In this document: positions 35,261 through 53,068 of the stretch, in pieces
Layout: the number at the start of each line of letters is the position of its first letter
Numbering within the stretch: position 1 is the first letter of the stretch
Assembly: GCA_051294375.1 (NCBI GenBank)
Contig: CM119264.1
Span: 8,348,268-8,412,267 of the forward strand
DNA length: 64,000 nt
Reading direction: 5' to 3'
Origin: Paraspadella gotoi
Taxonomy: Eukaryota > Animalia > Chaetognatha
Notes under the pieces: model-generated
The model's database searches: none
Seen by the model: the letters and a program-made list of their open reading frames with translations, nothing else
What the model was told of the DNA's origin: nothing
Made by a program: the position numbers and the translations under genes

Positions 35261-36261
35261 GTTGTTGATAATTAATGTTATAATTATTTTAACCAATCAT
35301 TGTTATAAATTTTTTTTTCATAAATTATTGTTACAAGATCATTTTTTAAAAAAAAATTATCATTATAGGACATTTTTTTTTATAAATAAGTCAAAATGAC
35401 GATTTTGACGTTGACGATGAAGACGTCGATGACGACGACTGCTACGACGAGGACGACGACGACGACGACGAAGACGACGACGACGACGACGACGACGACG
35501 CCAACCGTCGCCTCCAAGGTTTCGTCATTCATCTTCATTTTTTTCCAATTCGCTCGGTTTATCAAAAGCGAAGGCGGGAGAGCGACAAGAATTAATGAAT
35601 GCGATAATGAATGAACGACGAGTCGAGCGAATGAATGAACTGCCCGGCCGATGAATCGTGAATGTTGTCGATAAAACATACGCGGATAAGGAGTAGGACC
35701 GTAGACGAGCTTTACGAGCGATTTGCGTTCGGGTATTTACGGAGAGTTATTATCGACTTAATAATAATCATAATGAGATTTGTTTGTAAAGTCTAAGAAT
35801 AAGATAGAGAAAAACAGAAAAAATGTATTGATATTAATATTATAAAGCGAATTGAAATATTGAGATTTATTCCAACAATGACAAGAAACAGGGTGATTTG
35901 GCAGAAGAGTGAAAGATAATACAGTTACTATCTATAATTATATATCTGATTTGCTGAATAGGCAAGGACTTATTCGATCCCTTATCTTGGCAAAGCGACA
36001 GATCAGCCCGCAAAGAAGTTGGGACAAATGAAACTCCCGGGAAGGATTCCGGATTCCGGTTTCCCCTTCATCGCAAACATGTTAGATACAAACTCAATCG
36101 AACAAAATTTAAATAAAAAATAATGCAGATTTGAGCGAAGCAGTTACTGCATAAAGTATAAAGTTAAAGCATAAAGAGGAAAAATATGCAACACCTTTGG
36201 CCTCTTCTGGAGTCTGGCGGCCCCCTACTTCTACCCTCTCCATATCATTACACCTCTCTCT

Positions 36262-36338
<77 letters not shown>

Positions 36339-36647
36339 CTCTATCTCTCTTTCTCTCTCTCTCTCTAAACCGTCATCTTCACAACTCCTCAACCGCGGAA
36401 CTCCCTAACGCGTGCTCGGCCGCACTTCCGGCGGCCACATCTTGTTTCGCAAACTCGGATTTAAGGAGTTATCGTTATCTGCGAATCGAGGGTCCGGATT
36501 TTCGGTTTTAAGACTCGACGTTGTCGTAGAATCTTCGGTGTCCCCCTCCGCCTGCCCTCTGGCGGGGAAATCGTTCGCCGACTCGAGTGGCTTTTATGGA
36601 GCTAATAATCGCCGCTGAATATAAAATATGTACACGGACACTGACTT

Positions 36648-36769
<122 letters not shown>

Positions 36770-37402
36770 AATTTACAATGTACATATATAACATGGTTCA
36801 GTACTAATGAACGAATAAATTTGAGAGCGACTAAGAATGTTTTTCTGGTACAGTTTTCTTTTAAATAAATAGGCCAAAGGGATGTGTACGTGTTGAAGAA
36901 GCTCCTAAAGTAAAAAGTTTAAAAAAAAGGTAAAAAGTAAAAACATCAATTTCTCCTTGAAAAAAATACAAACTAACGTTATTTAAATGAAATAAATGAC
37001 AAATTATCCGTCATAAACTATGCGTGCAAGCTATTGTCAAGCCAGGAACAAACCTCGCAGTTCTGGTTACTAACGACAAAAGCGAGGGTTTTCATAAAGC
37101 ATGAGATTCACGGAGGAAACAATGAATTTTGAATGAAGAAAAATGGAAGGAGGAGGAGGAGGAGGTATTAAGGTCAGACTGAGTCGAGAGCAAAGAAAGG
37201 GAAGAGAGAGAGAGAGAGAGGGAGAGAGAGAGGGAGAGAGAGAGAGCCTATCTAAGCTCAACAATAATAATATCCAAAACTAGTAACAGCAGTTTTTAAA
37301 TTCATTCCATGAGTATATACAAACCTTTAAATGAAAGAAATACTTCAGGTAACAAAGAACATGCTTCAAGGCACACCCTAAGTCCCTAACCAATTATTTG
37401 CA

Positions 37403-39111
<1,709 letters not shown>

Positions 39112-39761
39112 AGTAAAACGGTCTTATGAAAATATCGAGAAATTCGGATTATTTAACTTTATAATCTTTTTACTTATATGTTCGTTCTCCCACACGTTTG
39201 AAGTATAATGACCCCAAATAGCATTTCTCACTCTGTACTCTAGGTCATTGCTCCTTTCTTAATTAGACTCTTGAACGTTCTATCGTATATTTAGTGACGA
39301 AAAGCTTCGTCGACCGATCATCTTTTTTTTCCAGCTCGTAATTAAATTTAAAAAACTTATATCAATATCATTATCAGCAAGACAATTTAAAAAATAGAAA
39401 CCGAACCGAGAAAAATAGAACGGAAATCGAAGATCTTCCAGGAAGATCGAGAGAGACATGAAAAATAATTTACAGATTGGTTGCAAAATCAATTTTATTT
39501 TTCAAGTTACCCTTATTCAGGGAAGAAAGCTCGCTCGATTTTTTTTTGTTAAGAATTATTTTTGTTAAGAATTATGTCTAACCGCCATTGTTTGAGACAC
39601 AATTCGATTTTAGTGCGCTTTAAAATTTTCCAAACAAATATTTGGGCAGTTTACAAAAACTCACTTCACAAACATTTTTTTAAATCCGTCTTCGTCGCTA
39701 CTTTTCTCATCTATATATTTCTAATTCCCCAATTTTTTCTGCTTCTTCCCCTTTTATTATT

Positions 39762-40203
39762 CTCATCATTTTCCTTCTATCTCCTCATCATTCTCCTTCT
39801 ATCTCCTCATCATTCTCCTTCTATCTTTCCATCATTCGCCTTTACTCCCCATCATTCTCTTTCTATCTCCTCATCATTCTCCTTCTATATGCCCATCATT
39901 CTCCTTCTATCTCCCCATCATTCTCCTTCTATCTCCTCATCATTCTCCTTCTATCTCCTCATAATTCTCTATCTATATCCCCATCATTCACCTTCTATCT
40001 CCCCATAATTCTCCTTTACTCCTCATCATTCTCCTTATATCTCCTCATCATTTTCCTTCTATCTCCTCATCATTCTCCTTCTATCTCCTCATCATTCTCC
40101 TTCTACCTCCTAATCATTCTCTTTCTGTCTCCTCATCATTCTCCTTCTATCTCCCCATCATTCTCTTTCTATCTCCTCATCATTCTCCTTCTAATTCCTC
40201 ATC
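39762..40203. repeat. ~22-bp tandem repeat TCTCCTTCTATCTCCTCATCAT, ~20 copies (copy at ~46430-46873)
   Basis: Directly visible. Confidence 0.95.
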
Positions 40204-41861
40204 AACCTCCTCCACTTCCTCCTCCATCTCCTCCTTCGCTTTAAACCGAGATTCATTTCCGACTCCATCCTCAGCGTCCGCGCTTTCTCCACCGACGCCT
40301 CTCCGATCGATCCGTATCTTCGTTCCGGCGTCGTCGTCGTCGTCCTTCGGCGCCGCCGTGAGGCCGTGATGAACCGCGGCGGCGGCGGCGCCGAACTCCG
40401 CCACGTTCATGACGACGGAACCGATTTGCATGGCGGTATCTATGGCGTCGGCGGACGCCATCGCCGCCGTCGCCGCGCCGATGAACGTGGCGGCGCTCAA
40501 ATCCAATCCCGTGGCTTCGTTGAAGGCGTCCAAGACGAAGTTGCCCTTCTCATTGGGGTCGGTCTCGCGGCAATAGTCGACGCAATACTCGTCGTCCCAA
40601 AACACGACCTGAGGATGACAACGGAAAGGCGAAATAAAGAGATGGCAAACGAACGAAGACGGACAGATGGACCGACGAACCGACTTAGAACAGGACTCAT
40701 TAAATAGTTTTTAAACATGAGTTTCGCATTTCATTTTTATTACTTAAAAACGGCTTAGAGATAGCAAAGTGAAATCGTCGTTAAAATTTACAAAAAATTA
40801 AATTAATTATCCCAGTGACCTCGTTGGCGTTGGCGTCTTCCTCAGCGCCATTTTTAAACGTGTTGGTTTCGTCGAGTTTGTCGACGTTTTCCTTTTCCGC
40901 ATTGGCGTCGGCGTAGTCTCCCTCATCGACTTTATTATTGTCCTGGAACGCTTCGGTATAATAATTTTCTTTATCTTGATTGTCGTCCTTGTCGGCGTGG
41001 TCGACCTCGACGACGCGCTGGTCTTCATTAGTGGCGTCGGTATTGTCATCTTCTTCGACCTGGTTGTCGTCGTTTGTCAGGTATTTGTCATAGCTGTATT
41101 GGCTCGCGACGTCATCAGCATCGTCGTCGAGGATGTTTCCGTGGTCATCATACGCAGAGACGTTGTCGGTTGTGAAGTAATCTCCCTTGTTGGAGTTGGA
41201 AATCTCAATTCTGTTCGTGTTTTCGAAGCTTTCTAAATTGTCTTGCTCCTCGGAGAAGGCTCGTGCCTGCGATGGAAACGGTCTTCAGTATCAAACGATA
41301 CATTTATTGATATTATCTTTAGCGAGTTGTCAGACTACTTCTCGGATATTTATTTATACAACTCCACTGAAAAGTATTTCGTCGGGCACTGAAAACATTT
41401 AAAAAAAAGAATGAAATGGGGAAAATTCTAATTGTATAAAGTAAGAAAGAGAAAATAGAAAGTGAAATGAATGAGAAGTTGTTATAACTTTGAAAATTAC
41501 AACTACAATAAAGTTTTGGGAAACGAGGGGATTTGGGTGACTGATGTGAATATTCTATAACGATTGCGAATCAAACGAGATCAATTACATAAACAGCACT
41601 AAAAGATAACACCCTACGAAACCCCATCACTCTTGAATCAACGAACCTCGTCGCTGGAGCTCTTTTTATCCTCAAGGTTCAGGATGTCAAAGCTGAGATC
41701 GGCCGCAAGAGGCGCTTCGAAACTATCCAGACGAGATGGCGGCACGTGACCACCCAAGATGCGGCACGTCGACCGGCAGGAGGGCAGGCAATCGCGAAAC
41801 GGGTCCTGGAGAAAAGAGAAATGAGACAGAGTCACTCTCTCTCTCTCTCTCCCTCTCTCTT

Positions 41862-41950
<89 letters not shown>

Positions 41951-42203
41951 AAATGGGATCGAATAAGATATCAACTTGCACCGATTCGCAACTGTTTTAA
42001 CTTTTAATCTCAGTCACTTTGGTGAGAATAACAAATCACAAACAAAATAAACGAACTCACGAAGTCGGAATCTTCGTTGCTGCCTTTTCGTCCTTTCTTT
42101 CCTTTTCCTCCGTCTCCGTCACCGACTCCGTCTCCATCTCGGAATCCGTCCTTTCCTCCTTCTCCGTCTTTTCCTCCTTTTCCTCCTTTTTTCTTCTTCT
42201 TTG
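40180..42203 (-). CDS. 3' four exons of the RIIAD1-like gene (duplicate copy lacking 5' exons; reading frames intact)
   Basis: Exons ~42203-42061 (KKKKGGKGGKDG), ~41786-41646 (DPFRDCLPSC), ~41266-40820 (Asp/Asn/Glu-rich) and 40608-40180 (VVFWDDEYC...ELEGE*) splice in phase 0. Confidence 0.65.
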
Positions 42204-42789
42204 CTAAATCGTTTTGTCGTCGCTCTCATCGTCGCATTTGCTTTCCGTCATCGTTCATCGTTTTTGTCGATCCCGATACTGACACTGAGTCATTCCAGCC
42301 AGATCTCAAAGAGATCAGTCATACGGCAAGGGGGCTTCGATGATTACAATTAAAAAGGGCGATTTTTTTACATTGTCCTTATTTATTATGTTTGTTTGTT
42401 ATCTACCTTGACTGGTGGTTTGATTCACTTTCCTCATTGCACGTTCTGTTATTATTCTCCAAACGCTTTTGCCAATTCTCTTTTTTTTTTTCAAAATCTA
42501 AAAAACTTTTTTGACGAAGAAAAAGTAGGATTAAGACGGTATGATTGATTTTTACGGCAACTTTTTCTTTGCTGTTTCTCTGCATCAATTGCGTCGACGA
42601 TCGCTTTCATTATTCTTTCTCGTCTAGTGCAGTAGAATAAAAAATAAGAACTTTCTTCAAAATGAAAGGGGAAAAAAGTGTGTTTACCGTGAAAAAGTTT
42701 TGAAACTCAAATAAAAATTTGGAAAATTGAAAAAAAATTCAGAAAAAAGAAATAAAGAAAGATAAAAATAGCGCGACTTGTTCATTAGA

Positions 42790-43158
42790 TAATTTAGGAG
42801 ATTGCGCAGGTCTGACCGCATCGTTTTTTTCCGAAAAAAATTTTTTAATATTTTTTTTGCGTTTCCAAAGATTTGGCCATTTCAATCTTTTGTACTTTTT
42901 TCTATGAAGATGTAAGAATTTTAAAAAAAGGGATGCGCTCAGAACTTAGATATTCAGGTGAGGATATTGGAACCAAAAAATGAATGACCTCCGTTCACTC
43001 CGTTTGGCGCCTGGGAATTTTCAAAGAAATTTCATTGGTAACCTCTATATCTCCGCTTTCCCGAAATGATAGAGGGCTGCGGTTTTTCGACGTTCTAAAG
43101 TAGAAAATTAGCTCTAACTAATGAATATAGGCCCAAAAATTGATCCTCCTCCCCTTAA
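42790..43158. mobile_element. Possible end of a TTAA-targeting non-autonomous DNA transposon (Kolobok/piggyBac-type)
   Basis: Ends ...TGATCCTCCTCCCC|TTAA exactly where identity to 36461 (TTAA) begins. The other end was not found. Confidence 0.3.
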
Positions 43159-43342
43159 GGAGTTATCGTTATCTGCGAATCGAGGGTCCGGATTTTTCGG
43201 TTTTTAAGACTCGACGTTGTCGTAGAATCTTCGGTGTCCCCCTCCGCCTGCCCTCTGGCGGGGAAATCGTTCGCCGACTCGAGTGGCTTTTATGGAGCTA
43301 TAATCGCCGCTGAATATAAAATATGTACACGGACACTGACTT

Positions 43343-43401
<59 letters not shown>

Positions 43402-44088
43402 AGAGAGAGAGAAGAGGAAGAGAGAGAGAGAGAGAGAGAGAAGAGAGCGAAATTTACAATGTACATATATACATGGTTCAGTACTAATGAACGAATAAAT
43501 TTGAGAGCGACTAAGAATGTTTTTCTGGTACAGTTTTCTTTTAAAATAAATAGGCCAAAGGGATGTGTACGTGTTGAAGAGCTCCTAAAGTAAAAAAGTT
43601 TAAAAAAAAGGTAAAAAGTAAAAACATCAATTTCTCCTTGAAAAAAATACAAACTAACGTTATTTAATGAAATAAATGACAAATTATCCGTCATAAACTA
43701 TGCGTGCAAGCTATTGTCAAGCCAGGAACAAACCTCGCAGTTCTGGTTACTAACCGACAAAAGCGAGGGTTTTCAAATAAAGCATGAGATTCACGGAGGA
43801 AACAATGAATTTTGAATGAAGAAAAATGGAAGGAGGAGGAGGAGGAGGTTACTTAAGGTCAGACTGAGTCGAGAGCAAAGAAAGGGAAGAGAGAGAGAGA
43901 GAGAGGAGAGAGAGAGGGAGAGAGAGAGAGCCTATCTAAGCTCAACAATAATAATATCCAAAACTAGTAACAGCAGTTTTTAAATTCATTCCATGAGTAT
44001 ATACAAACCTTTAAATTAAAGAAATACTTCACAGGTAACAAAGAACATGCTTCAAGGCACACCCTAAGTCCCTAACCAATTATTTGCA

Positions 44089-45777
<1,689 letters not shown>

Positions 45778-46849
45778 AGTAAAACGGTCCTTATGAAAAT
45801 ATCGAGAAATTCGGATTATTTAACTTTATAATCTTTTTACTTATATGTTCGTTCTCCCACACGTTTTGAAGTATAATGACCCCAAATAGCATTTCTCACT
45901 CTGTACTCTAGGTCATTGCTCCTTTCTTAATTAGACTCTTGAACGTTCTATCGTATATTTAGTGACGAAAAAGCTTCGTCGACCGATCATCTTTTTTTTC
46001 CAGCTCGTAATTAAATTTAAAAAACTTATATCAATATCATTATCAGCAAGACAATTTAAAAAATAGAACCGAACCGAGAAAAATAGAACGGAAATCGAAG
46101 ATCTTCCAGGAAGATCGAGAGAGACATGAAAAATAATTTACAGATTGGTTGCAAAATCAATTTTATTTTTCAAGTTAACCCTTATTTCAGGGAAGAAAGC
46201 TCGCTCGATTTTTTTTTGTTAAGAATTATTTTTGTTAAGAATTATGTCTACCGCCATTGTTTGAGACACAATTCGATTTTTAGTGCGCTTTAAAATTTTC
46301 CAAACAAATATTTGGCAGTTTACAAAAACTCACTTCACAAACATTTTTTTAAATCCGTCTTCGTCGCTACTTTTCCTCATCTATATATTTCTAATTCCCC
46401 AATTTTTTCTGCTTCTTCCCCTTTTATTATTCTCATCATTTTCCTTCTATCTCCTCATCATTCTCCTTCTATCTCCTCATCATTCTCCTTCTATCTTTCC
46501 ATCATTCGCCTTTACTCCCCCATCATTCTCTTTCTATCTCCTCATCATTCTCCTTCTATATGCCCATCATTCTCCTCTATCTCCCCATCATTCTCCTTCT
46601 ATCTCCTCATCATTCTCCTTCTATCTCCTCATAATTCTCTATCTATATCCCCCATCATTCACCTTCTATCTCCCCATAATTCTCCTTTACTCCTCATCAT
46701 TCTCCTTATATCTCCTCATCATTTTCCTTCTATCTCCTCATCATTCTCCTTCTATCTCCTCATCATTCTCCTTCTACCTCCTAATCATTCTCTTTCTTGT
46801 CTCCTCATCATTCTCCTTCTATCTCCCCATCATTCTCTTTCTATCTCCT

Positions 46850-48371
46850 CATCATTCTCCTTCTAATTCCTCATCAACCTCCTCCACTTCCTCCTCCATC
46901 TCCTCCTTCGCTTTAAACCGAGATTCATTTCCGACTCCATCCTCAGCGTCCGCGCTTTCTCCACCGACGCCTCTCCGATCGATCCGTATCTTCGTTCCGG
47001 CGTCGTCGTCGTCGTCCTTCGGCGCCGCCGTGAGGCCGTGATGAACCGCGGCGGCGGCCGGCGCCGAACTCCGCCACGTTCATGACGACGGAACCGATTT
47101 GCATGGCGGTATCTATGCGTCGGCGGACGCCAATCGCCGCCGTCGCCGCGCCGATGAACGTGGCGGCGCTCAAATCCAATCCCGTGGCTTCGTTGAAGGC
47201 GTCCAAGACGAAGTTGCCCTTCTCATTGGGGTCGGTCTCGCGGCAATAGTCGACGCAATACTCGTCGTCCCAAAACACGACCTGAGGATGACAACGGAAA
47301 GGCCGAAATAAAGAGATGGCAAACGAACGAAGACGGACAGATGGACCGACGAACCGACTTAGAACAGGACTCATTAAAATAGTTTTTAAACATGAGTTTT
47401 CGCATTTCATTTTTAATTACTTAAAAACGGCTTAGAGATAGCAAAAGTGAAATCGTCGTTAAAAATTTACAAAAAATTAAATTAATTATCCCAGTGACCT
47501 CGTTGGCGTTGGCGTCTTCCTCAGCGCCATTTTAAACGTGTTGGTTTTCGTCGAGTTTGTCGACGTTTTTCCTTTTCCGCAATTGGCGTCGGCGTAGTCT
47601 CCCTCATCGACTTTATTTATTGTCTGGAACGCTTCGGTATAATAATTTTCTTTATCTTGATTGTCGTCCTTGTCGGCGTGGTCGACCTCGACGACGCGCT
47701 GGGTCTTCATTAGTGGCGTCGGTATTGTCATCTTCTTCGACCTGGTTGTCGTCGTTTGTCAGGTATTTTGTCATAGCTGTATTGGCTCGCGACGTCATCA
47801 GCATCGTCGTCGAGGATGTTTCCGTGGTCATCATACCGCAGAGACGTTGTCGGTTGTGAAGTAATCTCCCTTGTTGGAGTTGGAAATCTCAATTCTGTTC
47901 GTGTTTTCGAAGCTTTCTAAATTGTCTTTGCTCCTCGGAGAAGGCTCGTGCCTGCGATGGAAACGGTCTTCAGTATCAAACGATACATTTATTGATATTA
48001 TCTTTAGCGAAGTTGTCAGACTACTTCTCGGATATTTTATTTATACAACTCCACTGAAAAGTATTTCGTCGGGCACTGAAAAACATTTAAAAAAAATCTT
48101 AAAAGCAATAGAGATCGAGCCGCTTTCGATGGTAACCAAATATTGATGCGATGATAACCAATATTGATGCGATGATAACCAATAATTGATGCGATGATAA
48201 CAAAATAACTGATGTGATGATAATCAAATGATTGATGCGATGATAGTCATTCATTGATGTGATGATAATCATTCATTGATATGATGATAATCATTCATTG
48301 ATGCGATGATAGTCATTCATTGACGCGATGAATCATTCATCGTAAATAAAACAAACAATGCGTGTATGAAT

Positions 48372-48443
<72 letters not shown>

Positions 48444-49874
48444 AAAAGAAAAAAGAAAAACCGAATTTCTTTCTCAATTTATATCTCAGATATAAATTTG
48501 GGATTTTGTATTGAAAAAAAAAGCGCGGAATAAATGGCGATAATAAAAAGTTTTGAGAAGGAAAAAAATAATCAAGAATTTTTCAAAAACGAACGATCAT
48601 ACAGAGTGAGAGAGACAGAAAGACAGAAAGAGAGAGAAAGAGAGACAGAAAGAGAAAAAAGAGAGACAAAGAGACAGAAAGAAAGAGAAAGCTGGAAGCC
48701 AGCTGAACAGTCACTGCAGAACCTGAACTCGTTTTTTATGGGTTCAGAAAAAGCAGCAACTGACAAATATAGGAAAAAAAATTTATATATAATTTAAAGA
48801 AATAAAAGAAAGGCAAAAATATGTTTACAATTGTTTACAATTGGAAATTTTTCCAATTTTTTCCAATCGCAGCTTGTAAAAGATTTAATTTATATTTGTA
48901 TTAAAATTAAGATATAGCTTCTCATTAAAAAAATCCTTTGAGTTCCCATTTTTATTAAAAAATTAAAACAATTTTTTTGATTTCATCTTCAATATTATAT
49001 ACTGCAATATGTAAATTAGATTAAAGCATTTCTATATACTAATTTGGATATTATAATGAGTACTTTATCTCATTTGCATATTGCAGTAATCATAATGAAG
49101 TGGAAATTCAAACAAAAAAATACTTAAATCCAAATGTAATATGAAAATATCACCGCTATTTCAAGATGAAAAGCCATATTTCTAAATTTTAACTTACTAT
49201 GATCGCACACTTTTGTAAAACTTTATCATAATTCATAATAATTTTATTTTAAAAAAAACGGTAAGTCACAGCAAAACCTATAAAAGCGTAGTAGTTTTTT
49301 ATATATGAAAACAGCGTGACGGACGACGACGACGACGACGACGACTACGTCACAAAGAAGCAACCCTAAACATTATAGAGCCTGACCCGGCTTCGCCGGT
49401 CAAGGCTCGATAAAAAAGAATGAAATTGGGGAAAATTCTAATTGTAATAAAGTAAGAAAGAGAAAATAGAAAGTGAAATGAATGAGAGTTGTTATAACTT
49501 TGAAAATTACAACTACAATAAAGTTTTGGGAAAACGAGGGGATTTGGGGTGACTGATGTGAATATTCTATAACGATTGCGAACAAACGAGATCAATTACA
49601 TAAACAGCACTAAAAGATAACACCCTACGAAACCCCAATCACTCTTGAATCAACGAACCTCGTCGCTGGAGCTCTTTTTATCCTCAAGGTTCAGGATGTC
49701 AAAGCTGAGATCGGCCGCAAGAGGCGCTTCGAAACTATCCAGACGAGATGGCGGCACGTGACCACCGCAAGATGCGGCACGTCGACCGGCAGGAGGGCAG
49801 GCAATCGCGAAACGGGTCCTGGAGAAAAGAGAAATGAGACAGAGTCACTCTCTCTCTCTCTCTCCCTCTCTCTT

Positions 49875-49963
<89 letters not shown>

Positions 49964-50219
49964 AAATGGGATCGAATAAGATATCAACTTGCACCGATTC
50001 GCAACTGTTTTAACTTTTAATCTCAGTCACTTTGGTGAGAATAACAAATCACAAACAAAATAAACGAACTCACGAAGTCGGAATCTTCGTTGCTGCCTTT
50101 TCGTCCTTTCTTTCCTTTTCCTCCGTCTCCGTCACCGACTCCGTCTCCATCTCGGAATCCGTCCTTTCCTCCTTCTCCGTCTTTTCCTCCTTTTCCTCCT
50201 TTTTTCTTCTTCTTTGCTA

Positions 50220-50295
<76 letters not shown>

Positions 50296-53068
50296 AGAGA
50301 GGANNNNNNNNNNNNNNNNNNNNNNNNNGAGAGAGGCTTACCGATAAATGGCAATCTTTTCCGCTCCTCATCTATGCCATCTATGCCATAGATTTACACA
50401 TCTGTTACATCTCTCCTCGCTTTACATTTACATTAGGCATTCAAGATTAAAGCCCGGAACCCATAATCCCGGTACAAAACGTTCTTTTCAATCTTAGTCG
50501 TTTCTTTCTCCCAAACTCCTTCAAACTCACCCTTTCTCTCAGCCGCCTCCCGCTCTGCCGCTTCTCTGGCGGCGCGCTGTCGCTCGTCCTCCTCCGCCTG
50601 CCGCTTTAGTTGGCAGAGCCGCTCCAACTCTTCGTCCTCGTCGTAGTGGCGAAGGGTCTTCCAGGCGCTGGAGGAAGAGGATGAGCAGTTGAGCATTGGG
50701 CAGGATGGTCGAGAGTGCACTTACCCTCTCTAGACGAACTCACCCGAATTCGTGCATTCGTCTTCGATCCTGCGCCGCCATTCGCGCTGCCCTCGCCTAA
50801 TGCAAAGAAGACGAGTCAAAAGAAGATAGTGAAGCGACTGAGCAACTCCTTATTTATTTATTTAAATGTCAATTAATGGAGAAAAAAAATTAGGATAGTA
50901 TTTATGAGCATTTAATAATGTTTAACGACTCCCGTGTCATTAACTCACCTCCTTCATCGAACCTAACCCTCAACGCCTCACCAGCACGGCGTCCTTTTCC
51001 TTCTGCTCCCGCAGTTTCTCGTCGACGATCGATTCCAGGTCGGGATCGAAGAAGAAGTTGGCCACGTGACGTACAACGTTCTGTGGTCGTTTCTGCGAGA
51101 GGGTTGAGGAGGTAGAGGAGGGGAGAGAGGGAGAGGGAGGGTTGAGGGAGAGTTGAGGAAGGTTAAGAAGAGTGTTGAGTGAGAGTTGAGGAGGTGAAGA
51201 GAGAGTTGAGGAAGGTTAAAGAAGAGTTGAGGAGGGTTTGAGGAGTTGGAGGGGAGGAGGTTGAGGAAGAGTTGAGAAGGTTAGAGGAAGAGGAGGGTTG
51301 AGAGAAGTTGAGGGAAGGTTAAGAAGTTAGGAGGGTTGAGGAGGTAAAGAGTTAAGAAAGAGTTGGGAAGAGTTGAGGAGGGTTGAGGAGAGTTGAGGAA
51401 GAGTTAAGGAAGAGGGTTGAGGAGATTTGAGGGATAGATTAAAGAAGGAGGTTAAGAAGAGTTGGTTGAGGAGGTAGAGGAGGGTTTGAGGAGAGTTGAA
51501 GGAAGGTTAAAGATAGGGGTAGCCGCACTCAATGGGGTAGTCAAAAATTTAGAGTGAGTACATGCCTCAAACGAATATTTAGACTTTTTAAAGATACTTT
51601 CAAATGGACCAAAAAATTTCTAATATGGCTTTTAATACCCTAAGTAATTATTTTTTAAAATATTTATTTAATAGATAGGAAGGCCAAAAATTTTTTTAAA
51701 GAAATTTTAAATTTTAAGACCAGATTCAGATAGCTCAATAAAAAGTTGTCTACACAAAGTTTAATATCTTTTTTAAATATTTTTAAACGATAAGTATGTC
51801 AAAAATAAGAAAAACCGTAAAAAAATCATCAATCATCATCCATCTTTCGATGATTTTTTAATCAGTTTTTTTATATTTTCACTTAGAAAACGTAAGAATT
51901 TTTAAAAAGCTGTAATTATATTTCCTTGTTAACTTTTATGCTCTAATCAGAATCCATCAAAAAAATTTAAGATTTAAAATTTTTTTTGGCTCTATATACG
52001 TAAATATATTTATTAATTAGGCTAGATACCCTCACGAAAAGAAAGCATTTTTTTGGGCAAAAAATATTTTAATACCATAATCTATGGCTTGATAGATTAT
52101 TTTAACGCTGTATACATTAGCATTTAAATTTTCTCGGCCTATGGCTAAGAAGAGTTGAGGAGGGTTGAGGAGAGTTGAGGAGTGTTGAGGAGAGTTGAGG
52201 AGGGTAGAGGAGGACCTACGAAGGTACAGTTACGTTTCCCTTGTTTTTTTTTATTAGTCCAGACTGTCTAAGTGTCTGATTAAAAGTTTATACTATTTTT
52301 CTCCCTTTTTTCCAATTTTAACTCATGTCAATCATTTGCCTTTTTGTATAGAATATTATTTTTACCTGAGGGATGTTAGTGTTGTCTTCTGGAAATAGAG
52401 CGAAACAAGGTCAAAAATTACTCTCTGCCCTAATTTTTTAATAAGATATTGATGTATGATGTACGATATCTATTAAAAAACTGGAACAGAAATTAATCCT
52501 CACTTTGTATTGTATTGCACCCTCTATTTCCAGAAGAAAGGGGTGGAGAGGATATCTTGTTATGGGATTAAGGTAATTTATGATTCGTTACTGTTGAGTG
52601 ATTAGATATTAGATATTAGATATTAGATATTATATATTATATATTAGATATTAGATATCAGGATATTGATGTCCGTCACTCCGAATGTCTCGTCATCTTT
52701 CTCCCCCGTCTATTGTAAAGTCCAACCGTCAAGAGGTCTTCGATCAACATCGACAATGTCATGGAGATGTCCGGGTGCTCCTCGAGGTATTGCTCGTTCT
52801 GTCGCCGCAAATCAGCCTTCCGATGATTGAGCCGCTGTTGCCTTTCGGCGCAAAAGGCCCCCGGGTCGAGATTCTCCGTGCCGAGCGGGTTGTGCCAGGG
52901 CTGAGGGGCAGCGCTCTGTGGGAAAGGAAGGAGACGAGAACCGCGATAGAGGTTTTGGGAGTCAGTGGGCGACGCACTGGGCGACGCACTGGGCGACGCA
53001 TTGGGCGACGCACTGGGCGACGCATTGGGCGACGCACTGGGCGTGGATTTGATTGAGAGTTTGCTCAA
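46850..53068 (-). CDS. RIIAD1: RIIa (D/D) domain-containing protein 1-like with long coiled-coil, Gly/Lys and acidic C-terminal extension
   Basis: Exons 53068-52727 + 51092-50982 give LDPGAFCAERQQRLNHRKADLRRQNEQYLEEHPDISMTLSMLIEDLLT/KRPQNVVRHVANFFFDPDL, matching recalled RIIAD1 (DPGALS..TRIANEKYL..KRPDNILEFAADYFTDP). In-phase exons 50796-50744, 50667-50531 and 50216-50074 follow, then indel-damaged 3' exons. Start exon unresolved (possibly ATG 53344). Confidence 0.75.
48142..48340. repeat. ~19-20-bp tandem repeat ATTGATGCGATGATAATCATTC-like, ~10 copies
   Basis: Directly visible, with gradual unit drift. Confidence 0.9.
49315..49417 (+). mobile_element. Helentron/HINE-like 3' end with GC-rich stem-loop
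   Basis: (GAC)n, then TTATAGAG, then hairpin GAGCCTGACCCGGCTTCGCCGGTCAAGGCTC (49378-49408) and an A-run. It sits at the edge of a segment absent from the other copy. Confidence 0.4.
51105..51512. repeat. Degenerate purine-rich GTTGAGGAGA-type tandem repeat (resumes at 52146-52213)
   Basis: Directly visible; interrupted by a ~630-bp AT-rich insert. Confidence 0.85.

Noticed and set aside
51517-52145. MITE interrupting the purine-rich repeat
   Set aside because: Looks inserted, but no convincing TIR pair or TSD was found.
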